From: Candidatus Shapirobacteria bacterium
Lineage (GTDB): Bacteria; Patescibacteriota; Microgenomatia; UBA12405
Direction of reading: 5' to 3'
Assembly: GCA_022837635.1 (NCBI GenBank)
Contig: JALHFY010000001.1
Location: forward strand, 317,693 to 381,692
Length of the DNA: 64,000 bases
The position numbers and the translations under genes are program-made. The number at the start of each line of letters is the position of its first letter. The stretch's first letter is position 1. Positions 20,463-30,034 of this stretch are shown here, in pieces. The notes under the pieces were generated by a model. The model saw nothing but the letters and a program-made list of their open reading frames with translations, did not search any database and was not told where the DNA came from.

Positions 20463-21897
20463 TTCTCATTGAAGGAAATAAGATGACGTCTTTGATGGTG
20501 GGAGAGTCGGTGAGAAATTGGGTGATTCGATCAATACCCATCCCCCAGCCGGCGGTGGGAGGCATACCATACTCAAGAGCACGAATGTAATCATGATCTA
20601 ATTTCATAGCGGTTTGATCTCCTTTCTTACCTAACTTTTCTTCTTCTAACCAGCGAGCTTTTTGATTAGCAGGATCGTTTACTTCATTATAAGCTTTAAG
20701 CAGTTCAGCGCCGTGGATTATTAACTGGAAGGAGGCGATTTTTTCGGGATTGTCAGCTTTTCTCTTGGCTAAAGCAATCATTTCAGCTGGATAATCAATT
20801 AAAAACAATGGTCCTTCTAAATAAGGACGAACATATTCCTTGTAAAGAGCATCAAAACAAGCACCTAAGCCAATAACGCCGGTAAGATCAAGGCGCAGAT
20901 GGTGCTGCTTTAAGGTTTTTTTGAACTCGGATTCGGTTTTAATCTGATCAATGTCAACCCCAACTTTGTTCAAGATAGCATCTCGAAAAGTCAATCGTGG
21001 CAATGGAGTCTTAAAATTAATAGTTTTACCATTAAAAGTGAATTTTAGTTTACCTTTGATGCTTTTAATTAAATGTACCAACATCTTTTCAGTAAACTTC
21101 ATTAAAACTTCGTAATCCACATAGGCCCAGTAAAATTCCAATTGAGTAAATTCCGGATTGTGAAAACGAGAAACACTTTCGTTCCTAAAGTCTCTGGCAA
21201 ACTCAAAGACTTTTTCTAGACCGCCGACAATTAATCTTTTGAGATAAAGTTCATTGCTGATACGCAGATACATGTTTTGATTTAATTCATTGTGTTTAGT
21301 GATAAAGGGTTTAGCGGAAGCACCACCGTAGATAGGTTGTAAAATCGGTGTCTCGACTTCCAGAAAACCTTCTTTTATCAAAAATTGACGCAAGGTTTCA
21401 ACTATTTTACTTCTAGTTAAAAATACTTCTCGACTTTCGGGGTTAACAATCAAATCAACATAACGCTGACGGTAGCGTTCTTCGATATCAGTCAGACCAT
21501 GCCATTTTTCAGGTAGAGGACGGAGGTTTTTGGCTAAGATGACAAAATCACTAACTCTGATAGTAATTTCTCCAGCTTGGGTCTTAAAAACTTCACCTTG
21601 AGCCGAAATAATATCGCCCAAATCTAAGAGTTTGACTAAATCCATTTTTTCACCCAAAGTATTGGCTTCAAAAAAAAGTTGGATTTTGCCTTCTCTATCG
21701 ACAAGATCGGCAAAAAGAATTTTGCCATGACCGCGAAGCAACATCAGACGACCGGCCACAGTAGCTTTCCGACCAAGTTTCTTTTTGGCTTGTAAACTGG
21801 AATCTTTTTGAGAGAGATTGGGTTGAGGATAGGCGTCAAGACCTAAATCATAAATTTTTTGAAGTTTTTGACGGCGTTGAGTAGTAAGATCAGACAT
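20455..21897 (-). CDS. lysS: lysine--tRNA ligase (class II)
   Basis: OB-fold N-terminus, RYRQRYVDL, GGASAKPF, HNPEFTQLE, ALEYGMPPTAG. Confidence 0.96.
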   Translation of the reverse strand: MSDLTTQRRQKLQKIYDLGLDAYPQPNLSQKDSSLQAKKKLGRKATVAGRLMLLRGHGKILFADLVDREGKIQLFFEANTLGEKMDLVKLLDLGDIISAQGEVFKTQAGEITIRVSDFVILAKNLRPLPEKWHGLTDIEERYRQRYVDLIVNPESREVFLTRSKIVETLRQFLIKEGFLEVETPILQPIYGGASAKPFITKHNELNQNMYLRISNELYLKRLIVGGLEKVFEFARDFRNESVSRFHNPEFTQLEFYWAYVDYEVLMKFTEKMLVHLIKSIKGKLKFTFNGKTINFKTPLPRLTFRDAILNKVGVDIDQIKTESEFKKTLKQHHLRLDLTGVIGLGACFDALYKEYVRPYLEGPLFLIDYPAEMIALAKRKADNPEKIASFQLIIHGAELLKAYNEVNDPANQKARWLEEEKLGKKGDQTAMKLDHDYIRALEYGMPPTAGWGMGIDRITQFLTDSPTIKDVILFPSMRNE

Positions 21898-21918
21898 GAC
21901 CTATTTTATCAGGTTTTA

Positions 21919-22377
21919 TCAGACAATGCTGATGATTTTGTAGGTAACTTTACCGCCAGGAGCATCAATAACAAACTCGTCTTTGGCTTTTTTACCAATC
22001 ATGGCAAGACCTAGAGGTGAACTAGAGGAAATTTTATTCTGAGAGGGATCAGCTTCAAACTCACCGACAATATAGAAAGTTCTTTCGCCGTTACCGATAA
22101 TTTTAGTTTTAACTTTAGAACCGACTTGAATCGTTTTGGAGCTTTTTTTAGTGGTAATAATTTCGTAGTTTTCCAGAACTTCTTCAAGGGAAGCAATTTT
22201 GCTGTTGACTACTTCCAATTCAACCTTGAGTTGAGAAGCCAAAGAATCTTCTCCCGATTCATCGGGTTGAGCAACTTCCTCTATTTGGGTAATTAAATGA
22301 TCGGCTTTTTTCTTGAAATCTAAAAGATCGTCTTGAATTTGCTTGAGACCTTCTTTGGTCAATTGATTTTTGGACAT
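21919..22377 (-). CDS. greA: transcription elongation factor GreA/GreB family
   Basis: LTKEG start, EADP...ISSSSPLG..IGK..APGG; adjacent to lysS. The acidic tip is divergent (PDESGED instead of GDLSEN). Confidence 0.8.
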   Translation of the reverse strand: MSKNQLTKEGLKQIQDDLLDFKKKADHLITQIEEVAQPDESGEDSLASQLKVELEVVNSKIASLEEVLENYEIITTKKSSKTIQVGSKVKTKIIGNGERTFYIVGEFEADPSQNKISSSSPLGLAMIGKKAKDEFVIDAPGGKVTYKIISIV

Positions 22378-22429
22378 ATCAGTTTCAGGTCCCTATGTTA
22401 AACTAGGGAATAATTTTTGTCAAATAAAA

Positions 22430-23125
22430 GTGTTTAATTTTTTTAGATTTGTTCCAAAAAAGCGTCAGGTTAGGATAAAAAAAGGTGAAGGCCTAATTTT
22501 TCATAACCCCAAGATGGGGCGACGACTACCTTTTTATATTGCTAATCTTTTGTTTTTAAGTGCTTTGGTTTATGGTGTCTATCTGTATGCTCCATTGATA
22601 AAAGCTATTGGTCATTATGAAATAAATAAAGATAAAGAAGTGGAGGTGGTCGTGGTACCAACATTAGTTCCGGAAGCACCTATAGACACAACTTACAAAG
22701 TAATAATCCCTAAAATACAAGCAGAAGCGGAGGTGAGAGAGGATGTCTCCCCTTTTGATCAAGCTGAATACAATCGAGTCTTAAAAGAAAATGTAGTGGC
22801 TCAAGCCAGTGGTTCTTTTCCACCGGGAAGTGGAGTTGGGCGATCAACTTATATTTTTGCCCATTCAACCAATGCCAATCCAAGTAGCGTCAGGAATAAT
22901 GCAGTTTTCTATCTCTTGGGTAAATTAGAAGTTGATGATCAAATTGTAATTAATTATCACGGTGATTATAAAAATTATCGTGTTTATGAGAAAAAGGTAA
23001 TTAAACCAGATATTTTGGATTTTTTAACCTATAGTGATCCAAACAGGGAAGTCTTGATTTTACAGACTTGTTGGCCAATCGGTACTGATTGGAATAGATT
23101 ATTGGTCTTGGCGGAAGCAATTTGA
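22430..23125 (+). CDS. sortase family protein
   Basis: TM anchor, IIPKI, IFAHS (His), LILQTCWP (Cys), RLLVLA (Arg). Start uncertain: GTG 22430 or ATG 22514. Confidence 0.85.
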   Translation: MFNFFRFVPKKRQVRIKKGEGLIFHNPKMGRRLPFYIANLLFLSALVYGVYLYAPLIKAIGHYEINKDKEVEVVVVPTLVPEAPIDTTYKVIIPKIQAEAEVREDVSPFDQAEYNRVLKENVVAQASGSFPPGSGVGRSTYIFAHSTNANPSSVRNNAVFYLLGKLEVDDQIVINYHGDYKNYRVYEKKVIKPDILDFLTYSDPNREVLILQTCWPIGTDWNRLLVLAEAI

Positions 23126-23126
23126 T

Positions 23127-24557
23127 ATGGTGCTAGATTTAAGTCTTAATCGGAAAGAAGTAGATTTTTGGCCAACTTTGGCAGAGGTTGTTAGTCAGAA
23201 TGGGTATGACCAAGAAAAGATAAAGAAAGCCTATGACATGGCTAAAAATTTTTATAAGGAGGAAAAAAGGAATTCAGGAGAGTTATATTTGTCACATCCT
23301 ACTTGGATGGCAAAATTAGTGGCACAGTTAAAGGTCGGTGAAGAGGCAGTAATTGCAGCACTGTTACATGAGTCAGCAGCCTATGAGATAGAACTGGAAA
23401 AAATTGCCGAGGAATTTGGTGATGAGGTGGCTCTATTGGTAGATGGATTAACTGAGGTTAGAAAAAAAACAGGTGGAGTGGAGGTTCAAAAAGATAATGT
23501 GGAAATTTTTAGAAGGTTTTTATTTTCATCAGTCGATGATGTCCGAGTATTGATAATCCGCTTAAGCGACAAGCTTCATGATGGCTTAACTATTGACGGA
23601 CTGTCAAGGGAAGAACAAAAAGACTTTGCCCAAAGGGTTCTGGGAATATATTCACCGATTGCTGAATATGTAGGTTTGCACTTTTTTAAGAGGAAATTGG
23701 ATGATATTGCTTTTAAGGCTATTAATCCAGAAATGGCTGAGAAAATGGAAAAATTAATTGAATCCAGAAAAAATGATGAAGTTAAGGCCTTGGCACTGGT
23801 TAGAAATGAAATTGAGGAAATGCTTAAAATTAATAATATTGATAAATATGAAATACAAGGGAGAATCAAAAGTTTATATAGTACTTATCTGAAGATAAAA
23901 AGTAAAGGTGAGGATAGGGTTAAAGACCGAGTTGGGATTAGAATTTTAACTGAATCTATAGCCGATTGTTATAATGTCTTGGGATTACTGCATGCCAAAT
24001 ATAAGTATCTATCAGAAGAATTTAACGATTATATTTCTGATCCAAAACCAAACGGTTATCGGTCTCTACAGACAACTCTAAACTGGAAAGGAAAGACAAC
24101 TCTTGAGGTCCAAATCAGAACTTTTAAGATGCATGAATTCAATGAGTTCGGTCCAGCCTCTCATATTGCTTATAAAATGCGTGATAAAAAACAAAGTGGT
24201 AAGGGTTATGAGTGGGTTAAAGAACTAATTAATTGGCAGCAAAATGATAAAAATGTAAATACCTACAAGATAAAGGTTTTAAGTAATTTCATCTATGTCT
24301 CGACACCTAAAGGAGATATTATCCAACTCCCAAAAGGAGCCACGGCTTTGGATTTTGCTTATAGAATTCATACAGAGATTGGTGATCATTGTATGGGAGC
24401 AAAAATTAATCACAAAATGGGGAAAATATCAACAGTTCTAGCCAGTGGAGATGTGGTTGAAATTATAACTAATAATAAAATCAATGTGAGAAAAAATTGG
24501 TTAGAATTAGTCACCACTCGCTGGGCCAAGGAACACATTAAGAAAATGACTGCATGA
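23127..24557 (+). CDS. RelA/SpoT homologue (HD-like, synthetase and TGS domains; no ACT)
   Basis: GRIKSLYS, DRVGIRI, KPNGYRSL, EVQIRT, TPKG...GATALDFAYRIHTEIG. Confidence 0.88.
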   Translation: MVLDLSLNRKEVDFWPTLAEVVSQNGYDQEKIKKAYDMAKNFYKEEKRNSGELYLSHPTWMAKLVAQLKVGEEAVIAALLHESAAYEIELEKIAEEFGDEVALLVDGLTEVRKKTGGVEVQKDNVEIFRRFLFSSVDDVRVLIIRLSDKLHDGLTIDGLSREEQKDFAQRVLGIYSPIAEYVGLHFFKRKLDDIAFKAINPEMAEKMEKLIESRKNDEVKALALVRNEIEEMLKINNIDKYEIQGRIKSLYSTYLKIKSKGEDRVKDRVGIRILTESIADCYNVLGLLHAKYKYLSEEFNDYISDPKPNGYRSLQTTLNWKGKTTLEVQIRTFKMHEFNEFGPASHIAYKMRDKKQSGKGYEWVKELINWQQNDKNVNTYKIKVLSNFIYVSTPKGDIIQLPKGATALDFAYRIHTEIGDHCMGAKINHKMGKISTVLASGDVVEIITNNKINVRKNWLELVTTRWAKEHIKKMTA

Positions 24558-25776
24558 GTTTTTTACGATAAGCGTTAGCAAAACGATGAGCTTCGTTGCG
24601 TAAGTTTTCAAGCAAGAGTAGAGCGGAGGAATTTTGGGGTAAATTAAATTCTAACCAGTTATTTTTATGTCTTAAAACTATGGTTTCAAATTTTTTAGCC
24701 AAACCAATAAGGGGAATGTCAGTAATGGTAGCCACCGAAGAGACCTGGGCTTTACCGCCATCAACGACAATGAGATCTGGTAGAGGCCATTCAAGATGAC
24801 GAAGACGACGAGAAACTACCTCCCGAAGCATAAATTGATCATCAGCGATTTGTTTACTTTTAATTTTGAATTTTCTATATTGACTTTTATCAATATGACC
24901 ATGTTGCCAAACAACCATAGCACCGACAAAATATTTATTACCTAGTTGTGAGATATCATAAACTTCAAAACGTTTGATTTTATCAATATTAAGATAAGGC
25001 TTGAGGACAGTTTCCAATTCGTTAATAGCTTGAGAGTTTTTGTCATCACTTAAGTTTATATTTTCAAACATCGATTTGAGATTATGCCAACCAGAAGTGA
25101 TATAGGTGAGAGCATCAAGTTGGTGACGTAACTGAAGAGCGTTTTCGTAGTCTTGATTTTTTGAGGCCTGTTTCATTTCTTTGGAAAGAGAAGAGATAAG
25201 AGAAGTGAATTTACCATTCAAGATTTTTTTAATTTTTTGAATGTTTTGAAGATAAGCAATTGGGTCGGGATTAGGACCAGGACATAAACCTAAATGACAA
25301 TAAAGACAGAGACGAGGAGGGTGACGTTCTTGGCTTCTGAAAGGAAAGATTTTTCTAAGAGTTTTTAGGAGGGAGTGGACAGCTGAACCATTTGGAAAGG
25401 GACCAAAGATATCAGCCTTTGGAGGGAGACTGCTAAAATGAGCCGTAAAAACACGGGGGATTTTTTCTTTAGTAATGCAAATATAAAGGTAGGAACGATT
25501 ATCTTTTAGAAGAGAATTATATTTAGGAGTGTGTTTTTTAATTAAAGAAGCTTCTAAAATTAGGGCTTCAATTTCAGAACCAACAAGATGAGTTTCAATA
25601 GAATCAATTTGAGAAACCAGACTTTGAGTTTTAGGGCCTAAAGCATCACGACCAAGAAAATATTGAGAGACTCTTTTTTTAAGGTTAATGGCTTTACCAA
25701 CATAAATAATTTCACCGACTCGATTTTTATAAATGTAAACACCCGGTGAGTTGGGTAAATTTTTTAAATCCAACAT
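24538..25776 (-). CDS. uvrC: excinuclease ABC subunit C, short form lacking the C-terminal HhH
   Basis: GIY-YIG (PGVY..IIYVGKA), UVR coil, YDISQ, VVDGGKAQ, LRNEAHRFA. Confidence 0.88.
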   Translation of the reverse strand: MLDLKNLPNSPGVYIYKNRVGEIIYVGKAINLKKRVSQYFLGRDALGPKTQSLVSQIDSIETHLVGSEIEALILEASLIKKHTPKYNSLLKDNRSYLYICITKEKIPRVFTAHFSSLPPKADIFGPFPNGSAVHSLLKTLRKIFPFRSQERHPPRLCLYCHLGLCPGPNPDPIAYLQNIQKIKKILNGKFTSLISSLSKEMKQASKNQDYENALQLRHQLDALTYITSGWHNLKSMFENINLSDDKNSQAINELETVLKPYLNIDKIKRFEVYDISQLGNKYFVGAMVVWQHGHIDKSQYRKFKIKSKQIADDQFMLREVVSRRLRHLEWPLPDLIVVDGGKAQVSSVATITDIPLIGLAKKFETIVLRHKNNWLEFNLPQNSSALLLLENLRNEAHRFANAYRKKLMQSFS

Positions 25777-25781
25777 AGACT

Positions 25782-25791
25782 ATTATATAAT
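25782..25791. promoter_or_regulatory. palindromic bidirectional -10 element for divergent leaderless genes
   Basis: ATTATATAAT reads TATAAT on both strands, each 5 nt from an ATG (25776 and 25797). Confidence 0.55.
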
Positions 25792-25796
25792 GAGCT

Positions 25797-27332
25797 ATGT
25801 CTCGAAAAGATAAATTATTAACGATAGTTTTTGGGATTGTTTTTTTGATTTCAGCAATTCTTCGTTTTGAGCAAACTAAAAATAATTATTTTCCTTTTAC
25901 CTATGATCAAGCTCGAGACATGTTGGATATTAGAGCTTTGGGTGAATTGAAGGATTTATGGGTAATGGGACCGACAACTTCAATTAATGGTTTGAGACTA
26001 GGTCCTTTTTATTATTATCTAATGTTACCGGCTTACTGGTTTGGAGGAGGTAGTCCGCAAGCTTTAGTCAACTGGAATATAATTTTGTTTTTAATTTCAG
26101 GATTAGCAATATTTTTATATTTTCGAAAAAGAAATATCGTTTTGGGAACAATAATAAGCACAATTTATTTAATGGCCCCACGACTTTTTGACACCACTAG
26201 ATATTTTTGGAATGCTCATAGTGCCACTATCATTAGTGTTTATTTTTATCTAGCTTTGTGGAATTTTGTTGAAAAAAAAGATAAAAAAGCTGTTTTTTGG
26301 CTAGGACTAACAGCGAGTGTACTGTTACAATTTGAAGCGGCTTTTGGCATAATTGCCCTAATCTTTTCAGGATTAATTATTTTTATAAATAGTAAATTTA
26401 GGTACAGTAAGGAATTTTTGCTGGGAGTAGTACCTTGGTTTTTACCACAGGTGGCAGTGGAAGTTAAAAATAAATTTCAAATGAGTAAGTTGCTTTTGGG
26501 AATGTTTTCGGGTAGCAACCAAGTACTTGGTGACAAAATAACCTTAAAAGAGACGATTGTCTCACATATTGAAAGTTTTGGAAAAATGTTGGAAGGACAG
26601 TTTATCTTACCAATGAATTTGGGATTAATTTTAGGAATACTGGCCTTAATCTCGGTGTTTTTATTTAAAAAATATCAAAAAATAAATAAATATTTCTGGT
26701 GCTTTTGGATTTTTTCATGGTTATTTTATGTAATTGTCTATCATCATCCGATTAAGGAATGGTATTTGGAAAGTCTACGAGTTTGGTATTGTTTTGTAGT
26801 TGGAGTCGCCATTTTTAATTGGATTAATAACAAAAAAATAATCGCTTTCATGATAATTTTATTTTTCTTAAGAAATCTATGGGGAACAATACAAGAACAG
26901 GGAGTATTTGAAAAGGTGAGATTGAGTAATGATCCTAAAAATATGGCTAATTTATTAACAAATATTGATTGGGTTTATCAACGAATAGGTGATGAAGGTT
27001 TTGAAGCTTATTCTTATGTCCCGGAAGTATATGAGTATCCTCAACAATATATTTATTGGTGGTATGGTAGGAAAAAATATGGTTATATGCCAAACAAGGT
27101 TTCTTATAGTCTGAAGGAAGTACCTGAGTATATCCGAGAACAAAATCAATATTATGATAAGGTGAGAGACAAAAAAGGTAATAGAATTGCTTTGATTTAT
27201 GAAACTAAAAGAGATTATCAGGAATGGTTGAAACAATTTAAGAATTACTGTGTCTTGGAAGAATGGGGTACGGAATGGAATACAAAGGTGGAAATTAGAG
27301 AAGTTTGTCCTTTAGGGAAAATAGCGCCGTAA
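25797..27332 (+). CDS. GT-C fold membrane glycosyltransferase (GT39-like)
   Basis: FTYDQARD, GPTTS..GPFYYYL, WNAH; similar architecture to 1376-2815. Confidence 0.75.
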   Translation: MSRKDKLLTIVFGIVFLISAILRFEQTKNNYFPFTYDQARDMLDIRALGELKDLWVMGPTTSINGLRLGPFYYYLMLPAYWFGGGSPQALVNWNIILFLISGLAIFLYFRKRNIVLGTIISTIYLMAPRLFDTTRYFWNAHSATIISVYFYLALWNFVEKKDKKAVFWLGLTASVLLQFEAAFGIIALIFSGLIIFINSKFRYSKEFLLGVVPWFLPQVAVEVKNKFQMSKLLLGMFSGSNQVLGDKITLKETIVSHIESFGKMLEGQFILPMNLGLILGILALISVFLFKKYQKINKYFWCFWIFSWLFYVIVYHHPIKEWYLESLRVWYCFVVGVAIFNWINNKKIIAFMIILFFLRNLWGTIQEQGVFEKVRLSNDPKNMANLLTNIDWVYQRIGDEGFEAYSYVPEVYEYPQQYIYWWYGRKKYGYMPNKVSYSLKEVPEYIREQNQYYDKVRDKKGNRIALIYETKRDYQEWLKQFKNYCVLEEWGTEWNTKVEIREVCPLGKIAP

Positions 27333-29993
27333 GTATTGACCGGTATAAGATTCGGCTACTTTAGAAACAGCTTCCGGAGTACCGGCAGCAACCACTTCCC
27401 CACCCTGGTCACCACCTTCAGGTCCCAAATCAATAATCCAATCACTATTTTTAATAACCTCTAAATTGTGTTCGATAACCACCACGCTATTACCCATATC
27501 AACCAATTTTCGAAGAACTTTGATTAATTTATCAACATCATAAAAATGAAGACCGGTGGTAGGTTCATCGAGGATATAAAGGAGCTGACCATTAATTTTT
27601 TTGACTAATTCCCGACTGATTTTAAGACGTTGAGATTCTCCGCCGGAGAGAGTATTGCTGGGTTGACCAAGTTTGAGATAACCGAGACCGACTTCTTGAA
27701 TTGTCCGAATACGTCGGCTGATAGAGTTAATATTTTTGAAAAAATCAGCGGCTTCATCAAAGGTCATATCCAAAATGTCAGCGATATTTTTACCTTTATA
27801 AACAACTTCTAAAGTCTCATCTTTGTAACGACTACCATGACATTGATCACAGGTGACATAAATATCCGGTAAAAATTGCATTTCAATTTTAATCTGTCCT
27901 TGACCTTCGCAAGCTTCGCAACGACCACCTTTGCTATTAAAAGAAAAACGGCCAGGACCAAAGCCTCTAATTTGAGCTTCGGTAGTTTGGGCCATCAGTT
28001 TTCTGATATCATCGAAAACTTTAGTGTAAGTGGCGGGATTACTTCTGGGAGTACGACCAATGGGTGATTGGTCAACTAAAAGCACATCACTGAGATATTC
28101 AGCGCCTTCAATTTTGTCATAGTCACCGATAGTGCCGTAATAAGAACCGAGAGTGGCTTTGCGAACACCACCATAGAGAGTATCGTGAACCAAGGTGGAT
28201 TTACCAGAACCGGAAACACCGGTGACAGAGATTAATTTATGAAGGGGGAAATCAACGTTGATGTTTTTTAAGTTCCATTGACGGGCGCCGGTAATGGAAA
28301 TTTTTTGATTGGACAGAGGTAGAGACACACCACTAGGTATCTCTACAGAGCTAATTTTTTTCTGACCGGATAAATATTGGCCGGTGAGAGATTTGGGATT
28401 ATTTTTAATTTGAGCAAGAGTACCCTCAGCGACTATTTCTCCACCATCTTTACCGGCATAGGGACCAAAATCAACGATATAATCGGCGGATTTGATGACA
28501 TCCTCATCATGTTCGACGACCACGACAGTATTACCCAGATTTTTAAGTTTTTGTAGCGTAGCTATCAGGCGATCATTGTCACGGGAATGAAGACCAATGG
28601 TAGGTTCATCAAGAATATAAAGCACACCGGTCAGACCGGTGCCGATTTGGGAAGCTAAGCGAATCCGTTGAGATTCGCCTGAGGAAAGGGTACCAGCTTC
28701 ACGGTTTAAACTGAGATAATCAAGACCGACGGCTAACAAAAATTCCAGGCGGGAAAAAATTTCCTGACTGATGGAGGTGAGGATTTCTTGTTCTTGAGGA
28801 CTATCTAATTTCTGAGGTAAAACTTTAATCCATTGAAAAAGTTTTTCGATAGAATAGCGACTGATTTGGGCGATATTTTCACCTAAAACAGTAATGGAGA
28901 GGGCTTCGTGGTTGAGACGGTCACCTCGACAAAGAGGACAAGCTTCTTTAATCATAAATGACTCTAGTTCTTCACGAATAGTTTCATTTTGAGTCGTAAA
29001 ATAACGACCTTCCAACATGCGAGCTTTCCATTCAGGAAATTTGGAGCGGTCGATTTGATATTTGGAACCCAAACCTTTACATTCGGGACAAGCACCTTGA
29101 GGTGAATTAAAAGAAAACAAACTGGGTTCAATGGGAGGTAAAGAAATATTACAAATAGGACAGGCAAAATTTTCTGAAAAAAGAGTCTCTCGGTAATTTT
29201 TAGGATCCTGGGGAAAATCAAAGCCAGGATCATCGATCAGAGCCATAATAACTTGACCATTACTAAGTTTGAGAGCCAACTCAACATCATCAATGAGACG
29301 ACTGTAAAGATTATCAGTGTTTTTAAGAGTTTTTTTGTCAACCGAGAGTCGATCACAAACGGCGTCGATATTATGTTTATTACTTTTAGCAATACCAAAA
29401 TCGGAATAAAGATCAATGATTTTGCCGTCAATACGCATCCACTTAAAACCTTGTTTGCGTAAATTTTCCACCAAACCTCTAAAATCTCCGGCTTTATTTC
29501 TAATCAAAGGAGACAAAATTAAAAAACGGGTGGGACTGGAAGATGATTCCTGTTTTAAGGTATTGATAATTTGGGTAACAATTTGTTTACTGGTTTGTGG
29601 GATGACTTCACGGCCACAATTAGGACAGTGAGGGTGGCCGATACGGGCAAAAAGCAAGCGTAAATAATCATAAATTTCGGTGACAGTACCAACAGTGGAA
29701 CGAGGATTGTGAGAAATGGCTTTTTGATTGATAGCGATAGAAGGTGACAGTCCTTCAATCAGATCAACTTCCGGACGTTTGAGATTACCTAAAAATTGCC
29801 GAGCATAGGAAGAGAGACTTTCGACATAACGACGTTGGCCTTCGGCAAAGAGAGTATCAAAGGCCATGGATGACTTACCGGAACCGGAAACACCGGTAAA
29901 AACGACAAATTTATTTTTAGGAAAATCAAAGGAAAGGTTTTTAAGATTGTTTTCTCTAGCTCCTTTGACAATAATTTTATCGGTCATAAGCAA
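27312..29993 (-). CDS. uvrA: excinuclease ABC subunit A
   Basis: Two ABC domains (GVSGSGKS twice, LSGGESQR), zinc-finger CxxC pairs, [14 protein letters not shown]. Confidence 0.96.
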   Translation of the reverse strand: MLMTDKIIVKGARENNLKNLSFDFPKNKFVVFTGVSGSGKSSMAFDTLFAEGQRRYVESLSSYARQFLGNLKRPEVDLIEGLSPSIAINQKAISHNPRSTVGTVTEIYDYLRLLFARIGHPHCPNCGREVIPQTSKQIVTQIINTLKQESSSSPTRFLILSPLIRNKAGDFRGLVENLRKQGFKWMRIDGKIIDLYSDFGIAKSNKHNIDAVCDRLSVDKKTLKNTDNLYSRLIDDVELALKLSNGQVIMALIDDPGFDFPQDPKNYRETLFSENFACPICNISLPPIEPSLFSFNSPQGACPECKGLGSKYQIDRSKFPEWKARMLEGRYFTTQNETIREELESFMIKEACPLCRGDRLNHEALSITVLGENIAQISRYSIEKLFQWIKVLPQKLDSPQEQEILTSISQEIFSRLEFLLAVGLDYLSLNREAGTLSSGESQRIRLASQIGTGLTGVLYILDEPTIGLHSRDNDRLIATLQKLKNLGNTVVVVEHDEDVIKSADYIVDFGPYAGKDGGEIVAEGTLAQIKNNPKSLTGQYLSGQKKISSVEIPSGVSLPLSNQKISITGARQWNLKNINVDFPLHKLISVTGVSGSGKSTLVHDTLYGGVRKATLGSYYGTIGDYDKIEGAEYLSDVLLVDQSPIGRTPRSNPATYTKVFDDIRKLMAQTTEAQIRGFGPGRFSFNSKGGRCEACEGQGQIKIEMQFLPDIYVTCDQCHGSRYKDETLEVVYKGKNIADILDMTFDEAADFFKNINSISRRIRTIQEVGLGYLKLGQPSNTLSGGESQRLKISRELVKKINGQLLYILDEPTTGLHFYDVDKLIKVLRKLVDMGNSVVVIEHNLEVIKNSDWIIDLGPEGGDQGGEVVAAGTPEAVSKVAESYTGQYLRRYFP
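28319..28346. repeat. GTAG-type REP-like palindrome inside uvrA
   Basis: Minus strand GTAGAGATAC-CTAGTGGT-GTGTCTCTAC, a 10-bp stem with one G-T pair. Confidence 0.5.
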
Positions 29994-30015
29994 CTGTTAA
30001 TTATACAAGAAAAGT

Positions 30016-30031
30016 TTCGGTTTGTCTTCGG
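30016..30031. promoter_or_regulatory. candidate SOS/LexA-type direct-repeat operator upstream of uvrA
   Basis: TTCGG-N6-TTCGG over the -35 region; TATAAT at 30000-30005 on the minus strand. Confidence 0.55.
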
Positions 30032-30034
30032 GTT

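Noticed and set aside
22370-22429. Track start of the sortase ORF (and long track starts for secA, PMM, rmlA, CAP and the TasA-like gene)
   Set aside because: The extensions overlap neighbouring genes or promoters; downstream starts fit family N-termini better
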